Shown: piece after piece, positions 37,985 to 50,048 of the stretch | Layout: each line of letters opens with the position of its first letter | Position numbering within the stretch: position 1 is the first letter of the stretch | DNA from: Harriotta raleighana | Lineage: Eukaryota | Direction: 5' to 3' | DNA: 64,000 nt | NCBI GenBank assembly: GCA_050575255.1 | Contig: JBNZDD010013683.1 | Coordinates: 1,276,191 to 1,340,190, forward strand | Program-made: the position numbers and the translations under genes | Notes under the pieces: generated by a model | Seen by the model: only the letters and a program-made list of their open reading frames with translations | Databases searched by the model: none | What the model was told of the DNA's origin: nothing

Positions 37985-38342
37985 CTGAAATTGGCTCAAT
38001 TGATAGGCTCCATGGTGGGAGCTGAAAATCCAGGTTGACAGTCCGATGCTGTGCTGGGGGAGCGACACATTGTCGGAGATCCAATCCTTTGGAATGAGAG
38101 GTTAAACAGAGGAACCACCTACCTGTTCGCATGGATGTTAAAAATCCCATGACACTCTGTGAAACACAAAGGAAGTTTCTCCATGGATCCATGTCAACAA
38201 ATGACCATTCATTTCAATGACACATGCAAATTAACTGCTGCACTCACCTACAAAGTCACCGCACTTTACAGAAAAACTCTGATAAGCTCTTTAAGATGTT
38301 TTGGCATGATGAGAAGCTACATCAAATGAAAGGATTAATATT
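37985..38342 (+). mobile_element. Deu-domain SINE, near full length, old
   Basis: gttgacagtccgatgctgtgctgggggag...ttgtcggagat...atgagaggttaaacagagg...cctgttc...ggatgttaaaaatcccatgacact, then the shared tail gctacatcaaatgaaaggatt. Confidence 0.8.
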
Positions 38343-39274
38343 AGTTCTGGCAGATCTTCAGATAGCTAACCCAGCCACAGATAGTTTGTATTTTAGAAGA
38401 ATTCCCTGCTTTACAAAACCTTGGTAAAGACACTGGGTGTAATGTTTTGAATGTAAATAGCTTTACTTTGATTAAACAGATAGCGAGAGATGTATACAGC
38501 AGGAACAGGATTGTCAATTCTGGATTCACTACATAAATTGAAGCTTCAGGCTTAAGCTCCACCCTTCAGCAAAACAGCTCATATATTTAATGGACATTAG
38601 TTTTCAATTTGGGGAGGAGGAGGGGAGATAGATTAAAGTTTTGAGCAAGTATAAATTGAATATGAATTACATTTTATGTGACAGTTTTGCACAGTCTGAA
38701 ATTTAGTTATTTTGGATCGCTCTTAGTCTCAATTCACCTTAAGTACACATGAAAATGGATTGGAAATGTGCATGTTTTATGAATAGCTTGCAGCCAGAGG
38801 TAGTAATAACAAGGATAAGCTTGTATATCTGACCCCAGAAATTTCTGCAAGATAGAACTTTATTGAGCTGTTGAGACACGCGTATGTAATATCATGGTAG
38901 CCAGAATTAATTCTCCTTCCTAATTTTGCAATAAATCTGTCAATTTCCACTGCTTCCCAGCAGTCAACAATACGCCAAAGCATTTTTTTTTTTACAGATG
39001 CAAATCGGGATGAAGGCATGAGATTTGGGATCAACCTCCACCTTTGACAGAACATTTCAGTATTGCACAGCACCGAGCTCAGCATTCAATTCCATATTCA
39101 AATTGGTTGATTAATATTGTGTAATGTGGCATGAGATGAAAATGGGATTTTGGTGCCTGTGATTACGGAGGTGGGGATTAAGCCCATGCTGTGCGTTCAG
39201 AATGCTCAAAGCGACAGGGTGAAAATGCGGCACTTACTCTGTTCCATTTCACTTGTGAGCTATCAGATCTTTTC

Positions 39275-39549
39275 TCCCACAAAATATATAAAACAATAAG
39301 AAATTGGGTCATTTCAATCCACAACCGTTTGTGGGACTCTGCGGTGCGCAATTGGCTGCCGCATTTCGCCCACAAATATACAGTCAATTCACTTTTGAGT
39401 ATATTCTGTGAAGCGCTTTGAGACAACTAGAAGACATGAAAAATGCTGTATCAAATGCAAGTATTATTATTCTTATATTCTGTAAAGCGCTTTGAGACAT
39501 TTCAAAGACGTGATAAATCGCTTTATCAAATTCAAGGATTGTTATTATT
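39275..39549 (+). mobile_element. SINE 3' half plus duplicated tail
   Basis: Near-consensus body; second tail unit at about 39475-39549. Confidence 0.88.
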
Positions 39550-39734
39550 CGCAAATGGCCTGAACTGGCTGTTCTCCTGTGCTAGCAGTGTCAGCAATAA
39601 TCACAATATCCCAAGTACTGAATAAGAAAGGATGACTGCATTAATAAACTCCTTTTTGTTTCCTTCATTAAAAACATTGATCAGTTCCAACAATATTCTT
39701 CAAATAAAGAGGGTCGATTCATACTTTGCCAATA

Positions 39735-39962
39735 CTCCACATGCCTAATAATAATCCCTCCAAAAAAAAACACAATAATAAAATTGGTCATTTCAATCCA
39801 CGACTGTTTGTGGGACACTGCTGTGCGCAATTGGCTGCCGCATTCCTCCTACAAATATACAGTCAATTCACTTTACAGTATATTCTGTGAAGCGCTTTGG
39901 GACGTTGATAAGATGTGAAAAGCGCTATATCAAATGCAAGGATTATTATTATTATTATTATA
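39735..39962 (+). mobile_element. SINE, 5'-truncated, very young
   Basis: ctccacatgcctaataataatccc...aagcgctttgggacgttgataagatgtgaaaagcgctatatcaaatgcaagg(att)n. Confidence 0.92.
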
Positions 39963-39967
39963 ATGCG

Positions 39968-41790
39968 CACTTCTTTTGGCGTGAGTACTGGATTCATATA
40001 AAGGCATTATGGCGTGGAGTAAGTGATCTAGATTAAGAGTCTTGCTGTGAAGCATGTCGGTGGCTCACAATCACAGATCAAATCAACTCGTTATTGTGAT
40101 CTCCGCAGCCATGTGCTCGTGGTAAGCATCCTTCCTGCACTTGTGATCCTGCAGGCAGGTATAAACGAAAATCATTCCTGAAATATAGAATGCCAAAAGA
40201 TTTTCAGGTGAATAAGGGCAACGTGAACTAGTGCACCAATGTCCTTTTGCAGCTTGTGCCACAGCAGGGAGCCCCATCGGGTAATTAAAATGACTGCTGT
40301 AGGTATAACCTTATATTACACAGCATCCTGCAGACTGCTTCATTAACCTTTCAACACTGACGTTGGCCAGGCTTGCTCAGACTTAAAATGATCTATAATT
40401 AAAGCAGAGCTCTCCAAAGAACACTCTTTATTTACCAGAAGGTGGCCCACGCAGTTTTTTTTTGTTTTGCAAATAGTGACTATTTCGCAATTTCGACTGC
40501 TTAATTTTCAGCCATTAAAAAAAGACGCTGTTGCTACATGAAATTTGATTAAGGTTGCACTATAATATGAGGAGAGCACTGAAATTTGGATTCAAATAAT
40601 CTTGGAATAAAAAATGGACAAAAACATTCCCGATATGAACAGGATTTGATTTCACAGACTTAATCTTATCTACTGTACCTGAGATCCTTCACCGTTGAGC
40701 AAAAAATCCGCTCAAAAGTGTCTATTTCAAGTGTGATTTTTCAGAATCTATTTGAGGTTTCACTGAATCCAAAATATCAGTTTATTGGATAAACTGCAAT
40801 AATAGTAAGGTTAGCAATTTGAGGTACTCTTACCTCTGAAACAACAAAATTATATTTACAGAGTGCCTTTCACTCTAGNCACTTCTTTTGGCGTGAGTAC
40901 TGGATTCATATAAAGGCATTATGGCGTGGAGTAAGTGATCTAGATTAAGAGTCTTGCTGTGAAGCATGTCGGTGGCTCACAATCACAGATCAAATCAACT
41001 CGTTATTGTGATCTCCGCAGCCATGTGCTCGTGGTAAGCATCCTTCCTGCACTTGTGATCCTGCAGGCAGGTATAAACGAAAATCATTCCTGAAATATAG
41101 AATGCCAAAAGATTTTCAGGTGAATAAGGGCAACGTGAACTAGTGCACCAATGTCCTTTTGCAGCTTGTGCCGCAGCAGGGAGCCCCATCGGGTAATTAA
41201 AATGACTGCTGTAGGTATAACCTTATATTACACAGCATCCTGCAGACTGCTTCATTAACCTTTCAACACTGACGTTGGCCAGGCTTGCTCAGACTTAAAA
41301 TGATCTATAATTAAAGCAGAGCTCTCCAAAGAACACTCTTTATTTACCAGAAGGTGGCCCACGCAGTTTTTTTTTGTTTTGCAAATAGTGACTATTTCGC
41401 AATTTCGACTGCTTAATTTTCAGCCATTAAAAAAAGACGCTGTTGCTACATGAAATTTGATTAAGGTTGCACTATAATATGAGGAGAGCACCGAAATTTG
41501 GATTCAAATAATCTTGGAATAAAAAATGGACAAAAACATTCCCGATATGAACAGGATTTGATTTCACAGACTTAATCTTATCTACTGTACCTGAGATCCT
41601 TCACCGTTGAGCAAAAAATCCGCTCAAAAGTGTCTATTTCAAGTGTGATTTTTCAGAATCTATTTGAGGTTTCACTGAATCCAAAATATCAGTTTATTGG
41701 ATAAACTGCAATAATAGTAAGGTTAGCAATTTGAGGTACTCTTACCTCTGAAACAACAAAATTATATTTACAGAGTGCCTTTCACTCTAG
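39968..41790. other. 911-bp tandem duplication around a single N (probable haplotype/assembly artefact)
   Basis: 39968-40878 matches 40880-41790, N at 40879; I noticed two substitutions (40261A/41173G and 40580T/41492C). Confidence 0.9.
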
Positions 41791-42080
41791 GGAGGATATC
41801 CCAACACGGTGAATAAGAAGGTCAGGACCTGAGCAAAGAGGAGGGGAAGGGTAGGGGGGAGCAGAAGGAGGGAGTTGGGAGGGCAGTAGAAGGCACTATC
41901 GAAGAGGAGGGTCTTGAGACCAGTCTTGAAGGAGGCAAGGGAGGAAGCTAGGCGAAGGGACTGTGGGTTAGAGTTCTAGAGAGGCTGAAAGCCCGTCCAC
42001 CAATGGTAGGGCAGGTCGAGCAGGAGAAATGGAGTAGACTGGAACACACTAAACAGAGTGAGTGGGCAGGTTCAGAAACC
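41752..42080 (-). mobile_element. L2 LINE 3' end (ORF2 C-terminus plus type A tail)
   Basis: Reverse translation PTIGGRAFS...SLRLASSLASFKTGLKTLLFDSAF; reverse tail aacaacaaaattatatttacagagtgcctttcac. Confidence 0.85.
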
Positions 42081-43027
42081 GAAGACTTTTCAAGCTTCAC
42101 AATGAAACTTTGAACTCGTGCGGATTGGGCTGATTCAATGCTGGGGATGTGGGAGGAAGAGGGTTGGTGATAATGATGGATGCACAGTTGGAAGTGCCAT
42201 CTTTCAGATGAAATATTAAGCCGAGAGAATTTCTCCAGACAACCTGAGCAACAATCTCCACAGATTAATATGATAATTTATCTCTTCACCGAACCCATCC
42301 TGTGTGTGAAATATTACCTTGTAAAAATTGGCTGTTGGATACACACACAAAACATACACACTGCACTTTACCGTAAATGCAGTGAAGTGCTTTGTGACGT
42401 TTTCACAGATGACAAAGAAATGTACGTACAATGATTCTTTAAATTCTTTCAATTAGAAATTGCACAAAAATGATCCTCAAATACACCCATGATAATCTTG
42501 ATACCAACTGTAATGATTTGCAACTTAAAACGATGGAGATCTCAGAATGTTTTACAATAAAATCTTTGTTTGCATTACTTCATGATCATGAAGTGAAGCA
42601 AATTATTTTAAATTATAGAATCCTATTTTATTGTTTCTCTTTGCTTTTTTTGGATGAATGAAGACATTTGAATGATATCACAATGTAGATACAATTTTAA
42701 CTATTGAACATGTTGGATCACATTTAGACTAACTACAGCATATGTTTCAAGGTTTCTTTTCAAATTACAAAATGTCTGTAATTTGTCTCATTAGAACGAA
42801 CTGAAATATGAAATTCACAGCGAGAAATTGAAAAATTCCTAAGGGTGTACTATGTCTGGAGTCTAGCTTTAATATTTTAAAATAATATTTTTGATTGCAT
42901 TCGCAAAAAGGGTTCTGTAAGTATTCCATTTTCCTATATGTGTAAAATTAAGCACATTTTAATCAGAACATCTCAGGCAAAACTCTCATGGCTTTGCAGA
43001 GCTTTATTGAACATTCTAAATTCAAGT

Positions 43028-43155
43028 TAGAACAACATAAATTTACAGCGCAGACGACCATTCAACCCATTGTTTCTCTACTATCTCTTTGAAAGAGCTA
43101 TTTGTGTACCTTTTCCCTGCAAATTCCTGCAGATTATTCCTCTATATATCTAGCA
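43028..43155 (-). mobile_element. CR1 3' tail
   Basis: atttacagcgcagacgaccattcaacccat...ctctttgaaagagctat, reverse of the tail type at 32990-33070. Confidence 0.6.
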
Positions 43156-44666
43156 TTTTTTTTACTTCTAATGTGTATCCTGCTTTTGTGTTGTTCCTTC
43201 GAAATAGTGGCATGGGATCCTTTGCATCCAACGGAACCAGTACTTTTCACTGTGGTGTCAGAGTTCATTAGTACATTAATAATTCAAATCAGTATGTGTG
43301 TATGTGTGATCCAAAACATTCTGACTCAGAAGAGTTAAACGAAGCGAGCTGGAGTGGCACCCAAAATATTCTCTTTAAAAATTGCCCAACGAATTACCCA
43401 AGAACTTTTAAAGATAAATTTATGAGCAGAGACCGAATCGATTCAGATCACCTGTAGTTACACTGCGGTGGCGTGAGTCAATTTCTTCGCAAGATCTTGT
43501 TTGGCAAGTGGTCTCCAGTGTGATTCACACTGATTAAACTGCAATTTCCAATTTCAATTCAGCACTAGTTTCTCAACAAATCAACATGATACAAATAAGC
43601 CTTTAAACCAGATGTTATTACTGTATATCACTTCAAAACAACTGAAATTGGAATAGAGCTTTCAGTGAATAAATGGTTAAATATTTGATTGTGTGGAGGT
43701 GCTTAGATAATTGAACACAATCAAACTGGTATATAAGGGCTTGCCTCAAATCGCACTGATTTGTTTTGTGTAAGGAGTAAGCACACGAGGCTTATTGCTC
43801 TGTAATGTCACTCGGGTAAAGTGCAGAGTTTGAGGGAGGTTCTAATCTTGCGTTGTGAGTGCTTCCAAAGTGCAGCTTTGTGTCTAAAATTGTAAACCTT
43901 CAAGCAAGACCTTTTTCCCCCGAAAGAGTAATATGGAACAGCAAAAGCAATTAGCCCCTTCAAAATGGAGCTGGAGGAAATGCATAATGGGGAATGGGAT
44001 TGGAGGCTTCAGAGATGAATAATAACTATGTTAATTAAACATGGGATGGGGTGGGTTTTGTGTTGCTTGGGACAGCATCTTTTCCCTCAGCCTTGGAGGA
44101 ATAATGGAAAAGTGAAATTGATAAATATTCCTGCAGCTTCATCTCTTCACCTGCGAGAATCTGGAAGTGTCTCTATGGCTCACTGAGATGACCAGAAGGG
44201 GAGAATAATGAGATTAACTATGTTGGTCCTTCGAAATAGTGGCATGGGATCCTCTGTACAAAGCATAGGACTGATTGATCACGTGGATATTCCAACTTCC
44301 AAATGTTGTTTTGTGTTTCATTTAAACATCCTGTGAGTGTTTGGTACAAAATTGGTGTTAATAACTTGTTTGACATAAAATTCAATTTTACCACTCAGGC
44401 TGAGGCAATGTGCTTTGTAACTCTGAAGAACTGAAAATCAAAGCAACCCTCAGCTTGCCAATTACAGCAGTATTATCCCTGCGTCTCTAACACACATCCA
44501 TTTTTCTACTTCCTTGCTGTTTCTACTTCGAGCTTCGTGCTGTTTCAATATAAAGATTGTATGTCTGGGCTTATTTCCCCTGGAAAAGGTTTTGGTGAAT
44601 TACAATCTCCCTTGCAAGAAAATAATTTGCATTCTGTTTCTTCAGTATTCTGCCATATTTAATCTG

Positions 44667-44948
44667 TGCATTTTGATATAGCACTTTTAAGAGCTTCTAG
44701 ATGCCTCAAAGAGCTTCATAGAATGTACTGAAAATTTAACTGATTGTATATTTTTGGGCGAAATGGGCAGCCAATTGCGCACGACAGTGTCCCACAAATA
44801 GTTGTGGATTGAAATGACCAATTTTATTACTGTTATTTTTTGGAGGTCATTTTTATCTGACTTGCCCAAGATTTCGCACCGACCTGGATTCGAACACAGG
44901 CCTCATGCTTGTAAGGCTAGTGCTCTAACCACTGAGCTGCAGGACTCC
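44667..44948 (-). mobile_element. Near full-length tRNA-derived SINE
   Basis: Runs from reverse tail tgcattttgatatagcac to reverse head ctaaccactgagctgcaggactcc. Confidence 0.9.
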
Positions 44949-44973
44949 TGGAGTCCTGCAGCTCAGTGGTTAG
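44925..44973. repeat. Perfect palindrome, 24-bp arms with 1-nt spacer
   Basis: ctaaccactgagctgcaggactcc-t-ggagtcctgcagctcagtggttag. Confidence 0.95.
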
Positions 44974-45545
44974 TAGCTCAGGAGTTGTTGAAGTAAACTC
45001 TATTGACTCATTGTAAGCAGTGAAGAGGGGACAACTGAATGTAACAACTCAATTTATTTAGGCAAGAGAAAATATTTTCACACCATCAGACATTGTTCTA
45101 ATCCATTTTGAGAGGACATTAACACCATATATGTACCCTGCACTACTGTGCCATCCAGTGGATTGGAGGACAATTACCAGCACTCTTCCTTTATCGAAAG
45201 GCGGGTTGTGGCTATACATACAGCAATGGGATGTTCGTTCATTTATTAACTAACCTATGTTTTTCCTCATGACGCACATAAAATTTCCTTAAACACTTGG
45301 AGAGTATTTCTTCTACTCACCTTTAATCCATGCAACTCTTGGAGCACAGATCCTTCCAGCTCTGAACATCAGGTTGATAACCCTGAACACCACTGAAGAT
45401 TAACCCCACCCCACCCCAGTCTCATAGAAGAGTATGATCTGGAACAGTCTAAAGTCCAGAGTGTTCTTTATTCTCATGCTCCTGTTCGATGTTTCTTAAC
45501 CAGACTAACCAGGTTAAAGCTCTATAGTTTGCCATTGCAACCAAC

Positions 45546-45671
45546 ATGGTGTAGATGTGGGGGATTAGTGAATATTCTGGAGGTTTAGCTGGATTATTTT
45601 TGAGGATAGATTACATATATTCAGAACTTTCATCTGGGAGATAGAGGGGATAGGTTTAGTCCAAATAAAGT
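45546..45671 (+). repeat. ~126-bp direct repeat, copy 1
   Basis: Aligns by eye with 47095-47221 with scattered mismatches. Confidence 0.85.
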
Positions 45672-47094
45672 CAAATAAAGTCCAATAAATGAAAAGAACT
45701 ATCTAATTTGACCCAAAGCTTTGAGCTGTTTGTCCAGCTAAGACCTTAATCATTAGGACTTTAGCTTGCAGAATTAACAATGACTGCCTGATACAAAATC
45801 TTTAACACCATCACATATAAAGATCTATATCTTAAGTACCATCAACTCCACATAATTCAGATTTAAGTGTATCGTTTAATCTTAAAATGTTATGTGTTTT
45901 AAGATGAAATGTGGAGGTCTGGACACAGAGTGTCATTCTGTGCTTGCCAACTGAAATTACCTGCGAGCAGCAAAGTGCAATAGACTGAAAGTGCATCCAT
46001 TTGCTATCAATTCGTTTTCGCGCGAGTGAAGATTTTAATGTGATCTTCATTTGCGTGTAATAATGGTTTGAAAGCCACTATTATTAAGACCACAAGCATA
46101 TAATAATTAAAATTATTGTTTTATTGAGCATTGTTATAATCAATGTTGGGTACTCTGCAGAATGCCACGGATGTTGGTACTTTATAAAAAGATGAGCAAT
46201 TAATTTAGATGAAAATAAATATCTCATTTGACCCAAATAAACTCGTGCCTTACCTGTGGGTCCAATGTACTGTTACATTTAATATAGTACTGCCAAACAA
46301 ACATGCATTTGAATTCATCAGATATTTTTTATTGACTTTGGTCTAATTTATGAATATTACTTCCAGGCAAGAGATAATATCTACTGGCATATCCCGTGAG
46401 ACCCAATTGGGAGTTAGCAACCTCTGGACATCTGGTCTAGGAAGCTTTATTGAAAAAAAACACCCATTGCTTTCAAATGTACTTCAGAATCGAGCAGTAT
46501 GAATTTACCTTTGGAAGTTTGGATACATTATCCTGCAGTTTCAACAACAAAACAATAAAATTACATTTGTATAGCGCATTTCTCAAGCACTGTTTCAGCA
46601 CAGAATGGAGGGGACCAAGGGATGGAGTTTGGATGCACCATGTTAAAACACCTCTGTGAATTGCTCTAAACATCCACAGCATAATTCCATTTTATTAGGA
46701 AACCAGTACAAAACATTAAGTTGACTCTATCTAGGGATCCACTACCTGCAATGTCGCCAGGTCTTCCAAATGCCGAAAGGCACAAACCTTTTGACTTAGA
46801 TTGTGAGTGCAGAACTGGAGGATGTGGCTTCAGTGTGAAAAACCAATGACAACACTGGAGATTAAAAGGATTTTCTTTTCCCACAGAGCAACGCTTATAT
46901 GAAGCACGGGTCCAAGAAAAACACCTGATGCTTTGATTAATGCCTTCAAAAAATGGATAAGCTCTGCTTGAGAATGATATTAGAGTATATGGGGAAATCT
47001 GAGGACTGAAATAAAAAAATACTCCATTAAAATACTTTGATTTTCACCTGGGATTAGGACAGAAGAGTGATGGAATGAAGCAAACCGAGACTGA

Positions 47095-47221
47095 ATGGTG
47101 AAGATGTGGGGATTAGTGAATATTCTGATAGGTTTAGCTGGATTATCTTTGAGGATCAGGTTATATGTGCTGAGAAATTTCCTCTGGGAGATAGAGGGGA
47201 TAGGTTTAGTACAAATAAAGT
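47095..47221 (+). repeat. ~126-bp direct repeat, copy 2
   Basis: Shares gatgtggggattagtgaatattctg...ggtttagctggattat...tctgggagatagaggggataggtttagt.caaataaagt with copy 1. Confidence 0.85.
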
Positions 47222-47719
47222 AGGTTTTAAATGGTCAATTGAGAGCGAACATGATGTGTCAAATACACTTTCTCATTCCCCGCTTTCTTCGAAACAATGC
47301 CATAAGAATCTATGGATTCAAATTAGCAGGGAAAGCAATTCAGTAAATATTGCCTTTAGTCTTTACTAAACAAAAAGAAATGTGTTTCGTGGCCAGGAAA
47401 TGCAATTTTCTAATTTAATGTTTTTTTTTCCTTTTTGTGTTTCTTTGTTAAACGAGCAGGTGTTCAGCTCAGTTACCGACAGTGATGGTTCCTGTGTTTA
47501 ATTGTGGTTAGGTAGGAGTCATGAACCACAACAAATGTTCTTTTATGGTTTCAAATGAATGAACTGAAATAAATTGAAAAGAAACTGACAGAAATCTGTG
47601 GATCTTTAAATGGCTTGTTGCTGAGGACTCGTAAAATAGCAAAATCCAAAAATGTTACGCTTTCCATTAAATATTTGTATTTAAAATGTGACCCTCTACC
47701 ATTGATGTAACTAAAGCAA

Positions 47720-48086
47720 ATAACAATAATAATAATGCTTGCATTTGATATAGCGCCTGATCACATCATTGAGACGTCTCACAATGCTTCACAGAATTTA
47801 ATGCAAAGTTGATTGATTTGGGGGTGAAAAGTAGCAACCGTTTGCACACAGTAGTTTCTCACAAACAATCACAGATTGATTGGCCAAATTATTTTTTTTT
47901 GGAAAGATTTATTACCCCAGAAAAGCAATTCGCCAATCGACCAGCAATCGGGTTCCTACTTACTGCTAAAGAAACAGAGACATGTGGAGTAAAGAAACTT
48001 GCTGAATGTTTCGCCCTGCTGAGAATCAAACCCAGGTCTTCACAGTGGTATGGCAGATGCTCTAACTACTCACCTACAGGATGCCA
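47720..48086 (-). mobile_element. tRNA-derived SINE, long (CORE-retaining) form
   Basis: Carries the extra block ccccagaaaagcaattcgccaatcga...ttactgctaaagaaacagagacatgtggagtaa that short copies lack. Confidence 0.85.
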
Positions 48087-48204
48087 GCTATGATTTTCAG
48101 TGTTCAATGGCCAGCAGTAAGAGCATGCTAAAGTTGGCCCTATCATCATAGCATAAAACAACATTCCGAAGCCTAACTCTTCCTGTAATAAAATATCCTT
48201 GTTC

Positions 48205-48355
48205 ACCTTAAGCTTGTGGGATGTTGTTGTGCAAATTGGCTATTGTGTTAGCCTATCAATATAATCGCTACACTTTACAGTCAAATGCTGTGAAGTGCTT
48301 TGATACCTTTTGATGAAACGATGAGGTGCTATACTAAACGCAAGGATTATTATTC
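48205..48355 (+). mobile_element. SINE 3' fragment (Deu-type tail)
   Basis: gcttgtgggatgttgttgtgcaaattggct...tgtgaagtgctttga...gcaaggattattatt. Confidence 0.7.
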
Positions 48356-48480
48356 TTACAAGCAAAAACAGGTTCTTCTACATCCAGATTTTGTTTTGCA
48401 TTAAATGACATGAAGTGCACATATTATCATTTCCTTTGAACAGTGTACCTGGCCAGATTTTCAGCAAAACGTTTGTGGTT

Positions 48481-48550
48481 TTAAGCGCTCTGAGACGCCG
48501 CCCGGCATGGAGGGCGCTGTATAAATCAATGTTGTTGTTGTTGTTGTTGT
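48481..48550 (+). mobile_element. L2 3' tail (type B), young
   Basis: aagcgctctgagacgccgcccggcatggagggcgctgtataaatcaat(gtt)n. Confidence 0.8.
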
Positions 48551-49296
48551 CAATAATGATTGAGCGAGACTCAGCAGGTTTGCTCCTGAGCAAGTCATGT
48601 TTGTGGAAAATTTATTGAAAACCCTTAAATGCTTTTGAGCAGAGCCTTATGTCCATCATTTATTTCAACAACCGTGAAGAGGCTTGGAGTTGTGAGGCAA
48701 AGATTCCTCATAAATATAGAAAAAGACTACAGAGTGAAAGCAGTAGGTGTGGCTTTTAAAGATATAGATAGTACCCAAATCTGAAACTGGCCGTTCATCA
48801 CTAAGTGTTCATCAATCCAGCCAGATTCGTCAATTCCTGTCACTGAGGTTATCTCGCACTTAGAAACAGTTCTATCAGAACAGAAAATATTGGAAGATAG
48901 TCTTATAATACATCGGTGAACACAAGCTGACCAGGACAATGGTAATCTTCCAGAGCCCAAAGAGCCCAAAATGCACGATCAATGTCCCTGGGGATAACAA
49001 AGTAATTTGAATAGCATTTCTCCATAAATAACTGAGTTCATTGCATCTCCTCGGATTTAGTTTGAGAGTAAGCTAATGAACTGGGCTGATTTTAAGATGC
49101 AATTGGCTTCATATAGCATGCAATCTTTTTGATGGGTGCAGTTCATTTTCCATTACGTACATTCGGTAAAAAGCTTTTGATTAAATCAAACAATATTCAG
49201 TATAATCCATGGAAACCAAAAGATCATGGGGTCCATTTCCAATTGATGCAAAAGCAACAGCAGCCAATACGCTCACAGCAAAGTCCCACAACCAGA

Positions 49297-49368
49297 CACA
49301 ACAACAGGAACATAAAATTACACTTCCATTGCGCTTTTCACGTCAGGAGCACGTCTCAAGGCGCTGAC
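49297..49368 (-). mobile_element. L2 3' tail (type A)
   Basis: aaaattacacttccattgcgcttttcacgtcaggagcacgtctcaaggcgctg. Confidence 0.75.
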
Positions 49369-49984
49369 ATGAAATGAATACTCAGTTGATCTAGAGGGTT
49401 GTTGTCCAAGGCACAGGGAGAAGCTGGTGAACAGCATCAATATCTCCACACAAAGTGGCATGAGGATTTCCTTGCCCCACACCTTTGTAAATAGGGCTTT
49501 GTATTAAAATGAAAAATCATTTCACTGAGCAGTAAATTACGAAATGTCAAAAAGTGGCCAGTCTCCAGTCACCTATGAAATTGAAATGTTTTGGATGATT
49601 TGTAAGATTTTAAAAAAGCCACTCCGAAAACTATATATTGTCTGTGATGTTTATATTCCATAAATTCCAAGGATTGGAGGCTGTGGTTTTCATTTAGCTG
49701 CAACATTAGCACATCATGCAGTGGACCGTTAGGGATGAAGTTTATTTTTCTTTTTTTTGTCTTCAACGCGCATTCAACCCAGAGTTCCGATTTGTGCCCT
49801 ATCACAGTTTGAAAGGATTAATGAATCAGTTTCTGCATTTTCAATATTGCTTGATACATACAGCGTCCGTGGGAACCTCAAAGTAAATGGACTGAAATAG
49901 ATTAAAAAGGCATGACAGGGGATGAGCTGGAGAAAAAAAGCTAAGAAGGTTCACAGTATTGGCAAAGACCTGACCATGTCTTTC

Positions 49985-50048
49985 AGGCGTCTAGAAGATG
50001 TGAAAAGCGCTATATCAAATGCAAGGATTATTATTATTATTATTATTA
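49985..50048 (+). mobile_element. Young SINE tail
   Basis: gtctagaagatgtgaaaagcgctatatcaaatgcaagg(att)n. Confidence 0.85.

Noticed and set aside
40083-41189. Duplicated 64-aa ORF as a paralogous gene pair
   Set aside because: A consequence of the 911-bp N-flanked duplication; no coding evidence
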